This document shows positions 11,072 to 21,000 of a DNA stretch of 64,000 nucleotides, one piece after another. Positions within the stretch are counted from its first letter, which is position 1; each line of letters starts with the position of its first letter. The translations under genes were made by a program, and so were the position numbers. The stretch comes from Cyanobacteria bacterium P01_F01_bin.150 (lineage in GTDB: Bacteria > Cyanobacteriota > Cyanobacteriia > CAKZMO01), in the NCBI GenBank assembly GCA_039189765.1, contig JBCCYL010000002.1, positions 64,001-128,000 on the forward strand, written 5' to 3'. The notes beneath the pieces were generated by a model. It did not search any database. It worked only from the letters and a program-made list of their open reading frames with translations, and was not told the DNA's origin.

Positions 11072-11208
11072 AGGGGTGCTAAGTATTTTGACTTAGGATA
11101 TGGTGGAGTGATTTATCGATAGATAGCATCAGGTGCTGCACTGAATTTCTGCGCTGGATTTCTGCGCCGATTTAATACCAACGTTAGGAGCATGAAGAGG
11201 GCACTATT

Positions 11209-12189
11209 ATGAACCGACCAAATTTTATAATTATCGGGGCTGCGAAGGGTGGAACCACGGCTTTACATAATTATTTGGGACAACATCCTGATATTTTTGT
11301 TACCCGTAAGAAGGAGCCAAAATTCTTTACCTTTTACGGTGATGGTGTTCAAAATGCCTCAATATCAGATCCGCGATTTGATGAAGAAGGTCGGCGGCGC
11401 TATGAGTACACTAAAGCCGGGTCGATTTGTGATTTAGACTCCTACCACGCTCTATTTGATGAGGCAAATGGAGCGAAGGCGATTGGTGAGTCGTCTCCCA
11501 TGTATTTGTATTGTCCAAACAGTGCTCAGCGCATTCAAACCTATGATCCAACACTAAAGCTAATCGCGATTCTAAGAAATCCAGTGGATCGGGCTTTTTC
11601 CCACTATATGCAGTACAGCATTCAGGTGCAGGGAGATGAATACTTACCCACGTTTGAAAAGGCGATCGCCGCTGAACCCATCGACAATCCTAGTATTTGG
11701 TACGGGTTGCGTCACTACGTACGGCTGGGCTTTTACCATGCCCAGCTAAAGCGCTACTTCGATCGCTTTGATTCAAGGCAGATTCAGGTCCATCTGTATG
11801 AGGATTTTAAGCAAAATCCCCAGCAGCTTTTTGGCGATATTTTTCGGTTTCTAAATGTGAATGATGAATTTAAAGTAAATACGTCCACGGCCTATAATGT
11901 GGGGTCTGCGCCTAAAAATCAGTTTATCCATCGCTCCTTGGGGTGGATAAATACAATGGCAAATACGGATAATCAAGCCATCAAAACGCTAAAGTCTAGT
12001 ATTCCCCAGCCGCTCTACCGAGGAATTTCGGCAACAATTCAACGAGTAAAAAAGCAAAATATTACGGAAAAGCCTACGTCCTGTGGGGTTGAAACGCGAC
12101 AGCAGCTCCTAGATATTTATGGGGATGATATTCGAGCACTGCAGGATTTAATCGGCAGAGATTTATCCCACTGGCTAAATCCTGAGTGA
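11209..12189 (+). CDS. PAPS-dependent sulfotransferase
   Basis: PNFIIIGAAKGGTT (5'-PSB), KEPKFF, LRNPVDRAFS (3'-PB). Confidence 0.9.
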   Translation: MNRPNFIIIGAAKGGTTALHNYLGQHPDIFVTRKKEPKFFTFYGDGVQNASISDPRFDEEGRRRYEYTKAGSICDLDSYHALFDEANGAKAIGESSPMYLYCPNSAQRIQTYDPTLKLIAILRNPVDRAFSHYMQYSIQVQGDEYLPTFEKAIAAEPIDNPSIWYGLRHYVRLGFYHAQLKRYFDRFDSRQIQVHLYEDFKQNPQQLFGDIFRFLNVNDEFKVNTSTAYNVGSAPKNQFIHRSLGWINTMANTDNQAIKTLKSSIPQPLYRGISATIQRVKKQNITEKPTSCGVETRQQLLDIYGDDIRALQDLIGRDLSHWLNPE

Positions 12190-12202
12190 TAACTTTGGCA
12201 AA

Positions 12203-12793
12203 TTAAGGTGCTTTGTCGATGACGGACAAAGCACTGGTGATAATAGACTCCAAACGCTGAGGACACGGGTCCACTTTCGCCATCACCCTTATTCCCTGCA
12301 TCGTACAGGTTAAAAACGTGGCAAGGGCATCAACATCGGCATCAGGGGCGATATCGCCCAGGCGTTGAGCATTACGTAGCGCATGGGCAAAGGCGTGCTC
12401 GACTCGCTTCAGGCTCTTCTGTATACAGGTTGAGGCTTCCTCATCGTGACTACAAAGCTCAACTGCGACATTCGTGACAAAACAACCCCATTGGGACCGT
12501 TCGTTTTCTACTCGATCCAATAGGGTTTGAAAATGATTAATAATATCGGCTTTACCCGCGTCAGGCGCTTCAAGTTTGGCGATCGCCTCCTGCATCACCC
12601 GCCGTTCGTAATGGGCAATGGCTTCAAGAAAAAGCGATCGCTTATCGCCAAAGGTATCGTATAGGCTCCCCCGATTTAACCCCATGGCGTTTAATAAGGT
12701 CTGGACGGATGTTCCTTCATAGCCATACTGCCAGAAGGTTTCCATTGCCTTTTCCAATACTAATTGTCGATCAAACTCCTTTTGCCGTGCCAT
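12203..12793 (-). CDS. TetR-family regulator (NemR/ComR-like)
   Basis: MARQKEFD..FWQYGYEGTS..GLNRGSLYDTFGDKRSLF HTH; GCFVTN Cys motif. Confidence 0.92.
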   Translation of the reverse strand: MARQKEFDRQLVLEKAMETFWQYGYEGTSVQTLLNAMGLNRGSLYDTFGDKRSLFLEAIAHYERRVMQEAIAKLEAPDAGKADIINHFQTLLDRVENERSQWGCFVTNVAVELCSHDEEASTCIQKSLKRVEHAFAHALRNAQRLGDIAPDADVDALATFLTCTMQGIRVMAKVDPCPQRLESIITSALSVIDKAP

Positions 12794-12841
12794 CGAATAT
12801 TTTGCAGAGCGCTCCTAAACATTGCCACCTTTCATCTTAAT

Positions 12842-12915
12842 CTAGGGTGCATGACAACGCACCGATTCTAGAAGTTGCCACTAATGTAAGCGGTGCGTTG
12901 TTTACCATGCCCGAT
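12842..12915. repeat. Degenerate inverted REP doublet (REPIN-like)
   Basis: TAGGGTGCATGACAACGCACCG ... CGGTGCGTTGTTTACCATGCCC; ACAACGCACCG/CGGTGCGTTGT are inverted. Confidence 0.5.
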
Positions 12916-12965
12916 GGGGAAAAGCTCCATAGAATCTTCTCCCCATATATTTCATCCCAACCTCC

Positions 12966-13000
12966 AACGTGTTGTGTCGGCTCCGCCGACACAACACGTT
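12966..13000. repeat. Perfect 16-bp-stem hairpin, triloop TCC/GGA
   Basis: AACGTGTTGTGTCGGC-TCC-GCCGACACAACACGTT; second palindrome TAAGAAACAC-GTT-GTGTTTCTTA at 13008-13030. Confidence 0.85.
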
Positions 13001-13036
13001 CAAAATCTAAGAAACACGTTGTGTTTCTTAGGAGTG

Positions 13037-13384
13037 CTAGGCTGCGATCGCAGGTACGATATCCAACATTTGTAGACGCTTAAGAATGGTGGCCTTAGTT
13101 GCCAAGCCCGGCATCCGTTCCACTATCTCACCGTCTCTAAAGACGAGCAGAGTTGGAATAGAGGTGATGTTGTATTGGGAAGCGATCGCCTCTTCATCAC
13201 CCACGTTGACTTTACCGATCTTAACCACGTCGCTATACTCTTGAGCCAGATCCGCGATCACAGGATTCATTACGCGGCAAGGAGCACACCACGGTGCCCA
13301 AAAATCAACAACAACCGGAATCGAACTATCGAGGACTTCTGCGGCAAATGTGTCTGCGGTAATCGCAATAGGTTGAGTCGTCAT
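13037..13384 (-). CDS. Thioredoxin
   Basis: VVVDFWAPWCAPC, SIPTLLVF; ATG 13384 has GGAG upstream. Confidence 0.93.
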   Translation of the reverse strand: MTTQPIAITADTFAAEVLDSSIPVVVDFWAPWCAPCRVMNPVIADLAQEYSDVVKIGKVNVGDEEAIASQYNITSIPTLLVFRDGEIVERMPGLATKATILKRLQMLDIVPAIAA

Positions 13385-13444
13385 AATGTTGTCTCCAAGT
13401 GTGTGCAAAACTCAGGGATATTTCCTTACTTGCCCTATATTTTT

Positions 13445-14116
13445 CTACGAGGCCAATGCCTTGAGGGCATCAACAATTTTGCTGGGGTCAAGACGCTGAG
13501 TGTAGTCTGGGTCGACAAATGCAAAGGCAACAGTGCCATCAGCAGCAATCACATAGGTCGCCGGAATCGGCAGCTCAAATGTGGTATCGCCATTATGGGC
13601 TGGAATATCAATGCCAAACTGACTGTAGATGGGACGCAGCTCCTCTGGCAGAGTAAACGCAAGGCCCAAGGCTTTGGCAACTTGATTGCCCACGTCGCTA
13701 AGAACTTCAAACTCCAGCTCGTTCTTCTCGGCAGTAGACAAAGAGGCATCTGGCGTTTCAGGAGAAATGGCAACCAAATTGGCTCCCAAGCCTTTAATTT
13801 CAGGCAGCTTATTCTGAAGCGCCTTTAGCTCCAAATTACAGTACGGACACCAGCCACCTCTGTAAAACGAAATAACCACGGGACCGGCTTGGAGCAGATC
13901 GCGGATGGCAACAATTTGTCCGGTGGCGTTAGGGAGCTGGATATCCGGCAGCGTTTCGCCTTCCTTTAACGTTCGATCGGCAATACCAGAATCAATCAAA
14001 TTTTGGGTAGCAGTGGCCATGGTGGCTTTGATGGGGTCTGCCACTTTCTGGCGAAATTGAGCTTTGTATTGGGCGATCGCGTCAGTCAATGATGTTGCAG
14101 TAGCAGGCATGGTCAT
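13445..14116 (-). CDS. Peroxiredoxin-like AhpC/TSA redoxin
   Basis: FYRGGWCPYCNLEL, LVAISPE, LPIPATYVI; ATG 14116 has AAGGAA upstream. Confidence 0.9.
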   Translation of the reverse strand: MTMPATATSLTDAIAQYKAQFRQKVADPIKATMATATQNLIDSGIADRTLKEGETLPDIQLPNATGQIVAIRDLLQAGPVVISFYRGGWCPYCNLELKALQNKLPEIKGLGANLVAISPETPDASLSTAEKNELEFEVLSDVGNQVAKALGLAFTLPEELRPIYSQFGIDIPAHNGDTTFELPIPATYVIAADGTVAFAFVDPDYTQRLDPSKIVDALKALAS

Positions 14117-14128
14117 CAGTTCCTTTTT

Positions 14129-14216
14129 TTGAACAATCATTCCAGATTAGGAATTAAAAAACGGCGTTGTGTTCGCCTTGTTTGTCAGTATAACGCATTC
14201 TGGAACGATTGGTCAA
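14129..14216 (-). promoter_or_regulatory. Sigma70-type promoter with two putative TetR operators
   Basis: Minus strand TTGACC (14216-14211), 18 bp, TATACT (14192-14187); imperfect 16-bp palindromes at 14129-14144 and 14201-14216 are 14/16 identical in inverted orientation. Confidence 0.7.
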
Positions 14217-14352
14217 TTATTGTTTGAACTGTCTTGGATCTGATGGGAAGGCAGGTTTTGGGCACTGCACTTTTGACGCAATCTGTTAATTGCGTTTAAT
14301 GTAGAGCCAAGAATAGGATTGATTAACCAAGTGTTGTCCCCATGTAGGAGCG

Positions 14353-15123
14353 TTGCCGTTGCCATTTACGCCTTCTCATATTGTTGCGGTATTGCCGCTG
14401 GTCAAATTGTCCCGCTATGCGCCATTTTCAGCTTTTGCGATCGCCTCCATGGTGCCTGATATTCCCCTATTTGTGCCCATTTTCAACTACTCTCTGACCC
14501 ACTCTATTTCTGGTCTTTTCGCGTTCTGTTTGCCGATGGGCCTGACTGCTTTCGTCATCTTTGAGTCTCTATTAAAGCAGCCGATTATTGCCCTGCTGCC
14601 ACCAACTTACAGGCTGCAATCAACTGACGAGGCCTGGGACTGGCGCAATATTACGCCTCAATCGGTGCTCCTGTTAATGGCAGCTCTTGTTGTGGGAGCT
14701 TCCACCCATGTATTTTGGGATTCATTTACCCATGAGGGACAGTGGGGGGTTCAACAGATTCCAACCTTGGCCCAGAGTTACTCTATTTTTGGAACCTCTT
14801 TGGCAGGTTACAAGATTTTTCAGTACAGCAGCTCTCTACTGGGGATACCCATACTGGCGCTGGCGTTTGCCTTCTCCATCAAACGCGTCGATCGGCGTTT
14901 TCGTGCGTCCGATCGGTTGCGCCCCGGTGTTCGCCCATGGGTATGGGGACTATTGGTCGCAGGGCCAATTGCGGTAAGTGCGATCGCCTTTCGCGTTTCC
15001 TCCTCATTGTCCCAGGCTGTCTTTCTAAGTTTGACGCGCTCCATTACGGCTGCGGTAGGGGCGATCGCAGTGTATGCTCTGCTCTACCAGACTGGAGTAA
15101 TAACCTGTCCTACGGAGAGGTAG
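14353..15123 (+). CDS. DUF4184-family membrane protein
   Basis: PFTPSH start, SMVPD, THS, THVFWDSFTH, FQYSSS motifs. Confidence 0.85.
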   Translation: MPLPFTPSHIVAVLPLVKLSRYAPFSAFAIASMVPDIPLFVPIFNYSLTHSISGLFAFCLPMGLTAFVIFESLLKQPIIALLPPTYRLQSTDEAWDWRNITPQSVLLLMAALVVGASTHVFWDSFTHEGQWGVQQIPTLAQSYSIFGTSLAGYKIFQYSSSLLGIPILALAFAFSIKRVDRRFRASDRLRPGVRPWVWGLLVAGPIAVSAIAFRVSSSLSQAVFLSLTRSITAAVGAIAVYALLYQTGVITCPTER

Positions 15124-15154
15124 AGAAAACTTTAAGAAGCCAACTACAATTGGA

Positions 15155-15772
15155 ATGAGCAATAGTCGGGAGGAGAATCCGATGGTTAGCGTCACAGCGC
15201 GCTCGATGTCGTTTGAGGACTATCTGACCTATGAGGATAAAACAGATAACCGCTATGAATGGATTGATGGAGTATTGGTTCAAATGCCGCCAGAGTCGGA
15301 ACCGAATGCATGGCTTGCGTTAGCTCTACAGCTTTACTTTATCAATACGGGTTTGGTAAAACCTCGTTTAACCCATCGTTACAACTGCGAGATCGAAGTG
15401 CCTACGTTTAAGACCCAACAGCCGCGTAACCGCTTTCCCGATTTTGTGATTTTGCAGCCAGAACATATTGCGCTGACCCAAAAGCGATTGACCATTCGTA
15501 TGGAGATGCCACCACCACTCTTTGTGATGGAAGTGGTCAGCCCTGGTTCCAGCAATCGAGCGCGAGATTATAAGGATAAACGCCAGCAGTATGAGGCACT
15601 GGGGATTCCAGAATATTGGCTCCTTGATCCTGAACAGCAACAAGTTACAGTGTTGTCCCTTGAAGATAATGGATACAGAGAAAGATGCTTCAAAGGTAAT
15701 CAAATTATCCGATCGCCACTCTTTCCCGCATTTTCTCTAACCGCACAACAAGTCCTCAATCCGCCGGAGTAA
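15155..15772 (+). CDS. Uma2 (DUF820) PD-(D/E)XK-family endonuclease
   Basis: YEWIDGVLVQMPPES, RFPD, EVVSPG, DYKDKRQQYEALGIPEYWLLDP. Confidence 0.92.
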   Translation: MSNSREENPMVSVTARSMSFEDYLTYEDKTDNRYEWIDGVLVQMPPESEPNAWLALALQLYFINTGLVKPRLTHRYNCEIEVPTFKTQQPRNRFPDFVILQPEHIALTQKRLTIRMEMPPPLFVMEVVSPGSSNRARDYKDKRQQYEALGIPEYWLLDPEQQQVTVLSLEDNGYRERCFKGNQIIRSPLFPAFSLTAQQVLNPPE

Positions 15773-15806
15773 CTGGCATTTAATATCCGTCAAAGCGTTT
15801 ACTGCC

Positions 15807-15836
15807 GTTGGGTTTCATTGCTTCAACCCAACCTAC
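15807..15836 (-). repeat. GTAG-type REP element
   Basis: Minus strand GTAG-GTTGGGTT-GAAGCAATGA-AACCCAAC between two convergent Uma2 genes. Confidence 0.7.
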
Positions 15837-15883
15837 GCTATCGACAAACTAATAGTGCCTACCTAATGATATCTCTCGAAAAT

Positions 15884-16495
15884 TTAACTAAATTCAGCAA
15901 TTAAGCGATCTACTTCAATTTTTAAGCCTGGCATTGTGGATAGGGCGATCGCATCCCCTTCTCCATACTCTGTACGAATATAGCTGCCATCCTCAGCACG
16001 GCTTCTGACAATAATGGATTTATTCTGCCGATCGATGGACATATACTCACCCACTCCCCGGTGCCAATATTCTGCGTCTTTATCTTCTAAATCGGTTTTG
16101 ACGGATGAGGGAGAGAGGACTTCTACCACCAAAATAGGGGCTGGCATATCCCAGGTAATCGTATCCAGATTATCGGCACTAAGCTGCATTGCTGTATCGT
16201 AGGAAATCACGAGTAAGTCTGGAATTCGCCCTCGATGTTTACTGTGGCGGACTTCGACCTCTAATTTGCCTCCGAGACAGAGCCACTGCTCACCATTCTC
16301 GGAAATCCAAGCATCTATTAAATCCATCAGACGCTCGGCAATAAGGGAATGCAAAAAGCCTTCTTTACCTACGGTTACTACCTCGCCATCTTCCCATCGA
16401 AAGTTGTGCCATGGAATTTGACTGCGATCGTAACGTCGTAGTCTGTAGTCGTCCCATGACATCAATATTGTGGTGGGCCGAGTAGAAATATTCAT
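15884..16495 (-). CDS. Uma2 (DUF820) family endonuclease
   Basis: RIPDLLVI, PAPILVVEVLSPSS, DLEDKDAEY..GVGEY. Confidence 0.88.
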   Translation of the reverse strand: MNISTRPTTILMSWDDYRLRRYDRSQIPWHNFRWEDGEVVTVGKEGFLHSLIAERLMDLIDAWISENGEQWLCLGGKLEVEVRHSKHRGRIPDLLVISYDTAMQLSADNLDTITWDMPAPILVVEVLSPSSVKTDLEDKDAEYWHRGVGEYMSIDRQNKSIIVRSRAEDGSYIRTEYGEGDAIALSTMPGLKIEVDRLIAEFS

Positions 16496-16789
16496 AGTTA
16501 AAACGTACTATATTTGCTTGAAAGCTTTCGTCTGTATCCCAATAAGAGACTGGGCTTGATATATAGAGACGACTTATTACAGAGATGCTTTTGCTAGAGG
16601 GTTTTTGGGTTTTTGTGGAAATCTTAATTTTTTTTAGAGAATTTTGGAAGAGTAAGAAAAGCAATCGCTACACTTAATGGTGCGCTGGTGATATGGAATA
16701 ACGGTTCTCCGTTTGCTCAGTTATATTCTGCTGACGAATTTGTTATGTATCTGGCATCCACCTGTAACCTATTATCTGTTTGAACCCCT

Positions 16790-18091
16790 ATGACTGATAT
16801 TAAATTTTGGAAACCCGCTTATCAGCTCTTTAAGCACGACGTTCCTCTGATGGATGAGGACTTAAAGAACTTTTATGTACGGCGTGATGATAGCCCGGTG
16901 GACAGTTTGGTCACAACCCTCACGATGGAGGATCAGCCTGCCAAATTTTTACTGTCTGGGCATCGAGGCGGCGGCAAAACTACAGAGCTAAAACGATTAG
17001 AGGCTCAATCTTTGGCTGACTACACCGTGGTTTGGGTGGATACGGAGCTATCTCTAGAGCAGTTTAATATTGGCTATGCCGAAGTTATTATCCTGATTGG
17101 CAAAACGATTGTGGAGCGCCTGGCAGAGGTGGGCTGGAAGCTACCGCGCAAGTTGGAGCAGGGACTGTTGGAAAGTTTAGCCAAAGTCACCTATGAGGAT
17201 AAGTTAATCGGGGGCGGCAAGATTGAGTTGCCCAAGCTGTTTACTGATTTGGGGCTATTGCTAAGGGTGGGGTTCGATCGCACGACTACCAGGGTACGGG
17301 AAGTGCGTCCGGCGTTGAGTGATATTGTTAATCGGGTCAATACCATTATTGAGATTGCCGAAGCTGATACGGGAACAAAGCTGTTGGTGATGGTGGATGG
17401 ACTCGATCGCAAGGAGCGTGAGGTGGCTCTGGAAATGTTTTCCAGTTCACTGTTGACCAGTCTAAGCTGCCATATTGTCTATGTTGTGCCTATTTCCCTG
17501 CGCTATTCCACTGCGTTTCAGCAGCCGATGGAGAATTTTAGTGCTTGTTTAGATTTGGACAATATTCCAGTGTTTAAGTGTAATGACCAGCGGCAGCCAA
17601 CGGTGGAAGAAGACAGGGTAGGACGGCATATTCTTAAAAGCGTTATTGCAAAGCGATTAGGAACGTTGGGAGATGCATACAAGGATTTGTTTGCGGCGGA
17701 TGCGCTGGAGCTGATGTGTGAAAAAAGTGGCGGGGTGATGCGGGATTTGGTGCGGTTGGCAAGAATGGCATGTACGGTGGCATCCAAGAAACGGGCTAGC
17801 AAAATTGATGTCGCTATTGTCAAAGACGCGATTCGAGAGGTGCGTCGGATCTATTCGATTGAGGATTACCATTTTCCCGAATTGGTGCTTGTTCATCGGA
17901 CGGGGAAGCGCAGTAGTAATACGTTTGATGTACCCAGCAAGGGAACAATTGTGATTTGCGATGAACTATTGCACCATAGGCTTATCCTTGGATATCGCGA
18001 TCCGGATCGAGGCCGATGGTTCGATGTGCATCCGATTTTGATGGATGATCTCAATCGTTGGCAAGCGGCAAACCCTTCACCCCTTCCGTAG
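16790..18091 (+). CDS. P-loop NTPase (AAA+/STAND-like), no evident effector domain
   Basis: Walker A GHRGGGKT, Walker B LLVMVDGLD, SGGVMRDLVRL, C-terminal WFDVHP. Confidence 0.88.
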   Translation: MTDIKFWKPAYQLFKHDVPLMDEDLKNFYVRRDDSPVDSLVTTLTMEDQPAKFLLSGHRGGGKTTELKRLEAQSLADYTVVWVDTELSLEQFNIGYAEVIILIGKTIVERLAEVGWKLPRKLEQGLLESLAKVTYEDKLIGGGKIELPKLFTDLGLLLRVGFDRTTTRVREVRPALSDIVNRVNTIIEIAEADTGTKLLVMVDGLDRKEREVALEMFSSSLLTSLSCHIVYVVPISLRYSTAFQQPMENFSACLDLDNIPVFKCNDQRQPTVEEDRVGRHILKSVIAKRLGTLGDAYKDLFAADALELMCEKSGGVMRDLVRLARMACTVASKKRASKIDVAIVKDAIREVRRIYSIEDYHFPELVLVHRTGKRSSNTFDVPSKGTIVICDELLHHRLILGYRDPDRGRWFDVHPILMDDLNRWQAANPSPLP

Positions 18092-18095
18092 ACCT

Positions 18096-21000
18096 ATGGT
18101 TTCTGAACTGGTGCCGAATTCTTCGAACCCTATCCCTCCTGTGCCCCTTGAGGCAGAATTGAATGCTGCTGACCAGGAAGAGTTGGCGAATCTGGCAAAT
18201 GTGGTGGCGTTGAGCGATCGCACGGTGGTTTTGTTTGTCATTGCCCCCGATAGTGCGCCGAAGCATCCGGTAACGCTGGCGTTGAAAGCGGAGTTGGCAG
18301 CCTTGGGGGAATCTGAGTTTTTGACGCTGCACTACAGTGATGATTCATTGTTTAAATTTTTGAATCGATTGGATCGGGATGATTCGCCTGAGAACCAACC
18401 CGAACGCCGAGTAGTAATGGCCTTTGGATTGGAGCAGTTGCCGTTGCCTCGGCTGCGCCAGGAGATGCAGCAGTTAAATCTGGGGCGGGAACGGATTTTT
18501 GAGCGCAATTTGGTGCTGGTGTTTTGGCTGAATCGGGAGTCCTTTTTGGATGAGTTCCGTAGCTATGCTGCTGACTTTTGGGACTGGCATACCAGCATTG
18601 CTCGATTTACTACACGTCCTCCTGTGAACCCGCAGCTCTATCCCTATCTGGAATGGATGATTGCCGAAAATTCCCATCTGAAGATGAGCGGGATTATGCA
18701 GGTGAATCGTCAGGTGGATATTTTCCTGGATCAGATTTATGTGTCCCTTAAGGGGGAATGGGTGGAGGTTTCAAGGGAATCGGCAAAGGACCAAGATATA
18801 GCTGAAGAAGATCAAATCGCCAGCTACAGAATTCCGAAAAGAAAAGGATTAGACGCTGGTCTCGTGAATGATCTAGAGCTTTTGAGTCATCAAGAAAAGG
18901 CTTTCCATGACAGTGCAGAATCAGAACAACGGCAAAAGGTATCCCACATAGTGGACTTAGCAGATACTGTGCGATACCACAAACACAGTGTCATTCTGGG
19001 CGATCCGGGGGCGGGAAAGACAACCCTGTTGCGATATTTGGCCCGACATTTTGCTTTAGCTCAGCGAGAGTATGATCCCAATAAGGCGATCGAAAACGTT
19101 AAAGGTGGGCAGCAGGAGGATTTGGGACCGCTGCGATTGCCGATTTTGTTTCGGATTGCTGACTATGCTGAACGACTGGCGACACAACCAGATTTAACCC
19201 TAGTCGGGTATCTGAAGCAGTTTTATCACCAGTGGCAAAATCAGTTTGAGGATGCGGATGGGGAGGCTATTACCCAACTACTGTTGAGAAAAATGGCCCA
19301 GGGGGATTGTCTACTGCTGCTCGATGGGTTGGATGAGGTATTTGACCAGGCCAATCGAGCAGTGGTGGTGAAGCAGATTCAGCGATTGGTGGATGACTAT
19401 GCGGCCAACAAGTTTGTGATTACTAGTCGGCTAGCCGGATATCGAGAAGCGGCGTTGGGTAGTCGCTTTCGAGAATTTACAATCACGCCGATGGATGAGG
19501 CGCAGATTGAGCAATTTTTACAGCGATGGTGTTTGGCGATCGAGGAGGGCCAACGGCCAGATGCTGACAAGACGCTGCAACAGCGGGATGCAGAACGAGA
19601 AACCACAGGCATTATGGCGGCAATTTCCACCAATTCAGGGGTGAAACGGTTTGCGACTAATCCACTGTTGCTGACGATTTTGGCGTTAATTCACCGCAAT
19701 GGGACTCAGTTGCCACAGCGACGAGTGGAGTTGTACGAGTTGGCGGCCAAAACTCTGATTGAAGATTGGCAACAGGGGCGTAATGTTCCTTATGGAGCGA
19801 AACCCCAAAAATTAGTACTCAGGGAAGATGAGGTCACTGAACTGCTGGCCCCCTTAGCGTTTCGAATGCATGCGGAAAAACCGTCTGGCTTAATTGAACA
19901 AGCTCAGGCAGAAGAGTGGTTAACCCCCAAAATGATGGAGCTGTATGGGGTGGAAGAAGGTGCCGCCCTCAAGTTGGTGCGACAGTTTTTGCGTAAGGTC
20001 CGGGAAACCACAGGTTTATTTGTTGAACGTGGTCCGGGAGCCTACGGGTTTATGCATCTCACCTTCGAGGAGTATTTTGCTGCTCGTTACATAGCCGATC
20101 ATGAACGTGATCAAATTTTAGAGATTATTCAATCACACATTTCTGATCCACGTTGGGAAGAGCCTAGTTTACTTGCTTTAAGCTACCTCAAGAAACATTT
20201 TCCTGTTCGGTTTCAAGGTTTGTTTGAGGCTTTATTCAACGACTTGACCCTGCTCGATCAAGAATTATGTTCTCAACAGCAAGGTTCTTATCTAAGAGAG
20301 ATTAAATTTAAGCTGCTTAGATTAAAAAATCGTTTGAACAAAAGAAATAGATTCTATCTTCCCTTAATACAGCCATTGCGTTCCTTTGTTCGAATCGTGA
20401 TGTTATCACCTGTACAGTTTCTGTTAGGACTGATCAATTTCTATACAGAGTTTTTTTTATTTAAGTATGTAACAAGCTTAAGATTCGAAAATTTCAAAAA
20501 AGAGCATAATTATTTCTTCTCAAAAGTCAAGTTAGCGATCTTGGCACTTAAAAATATTGAGATGAGTTGGGCAAGTTTTTCTCAGTTATTAAGAGGAGTA
20601 ATGGCGGCAGAAATTATCTTTGAAAGTTCTATTTTTTCCTCATCTGATTCTAGTCGCCTTCATGTTATTGGAACATGGCTTGAAGATCTACGGGGACTCT
20701 TCTTAGAATCCGCAGAATTATCAAGAACAGATATGGGGTTAGAAGATCTCTTGTCAGACTATCTGAAACTTACCTCTAATGATTTATTGCTAGATCAAAA
20801 AATCCAAGAAAGTTCTCAAAGGATATTTTTTGAACTTTCTAATACGTACTTTAGTTTTTCAGAATCTGAAACGATCGTTGATGTTGTAGAGAGACTCAAT
20901 TTAGACCCCATAGTGAAGACCAGGGCAGTTGCTTATAGTCAAGCAGGGTCTATCTATAAAGAGCATAATAAACATGAAGAAGCTGTTTTTCACTATCAGA

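Noticed and set aside
13175..13828. 217-aa plus-strand ORF and similar antisense ORFs in the track (e.g. 9154-9597, 47633-48040, 62414-62721)
   Set aside because: Shadows of well-supported genes on the opposite strand or in another frame
18045..18095. Track start 18045 overlapping the ATPase gene
   Set aside because: ATG 18096, 4 bp after the ATPase stop, fits translational coupling better
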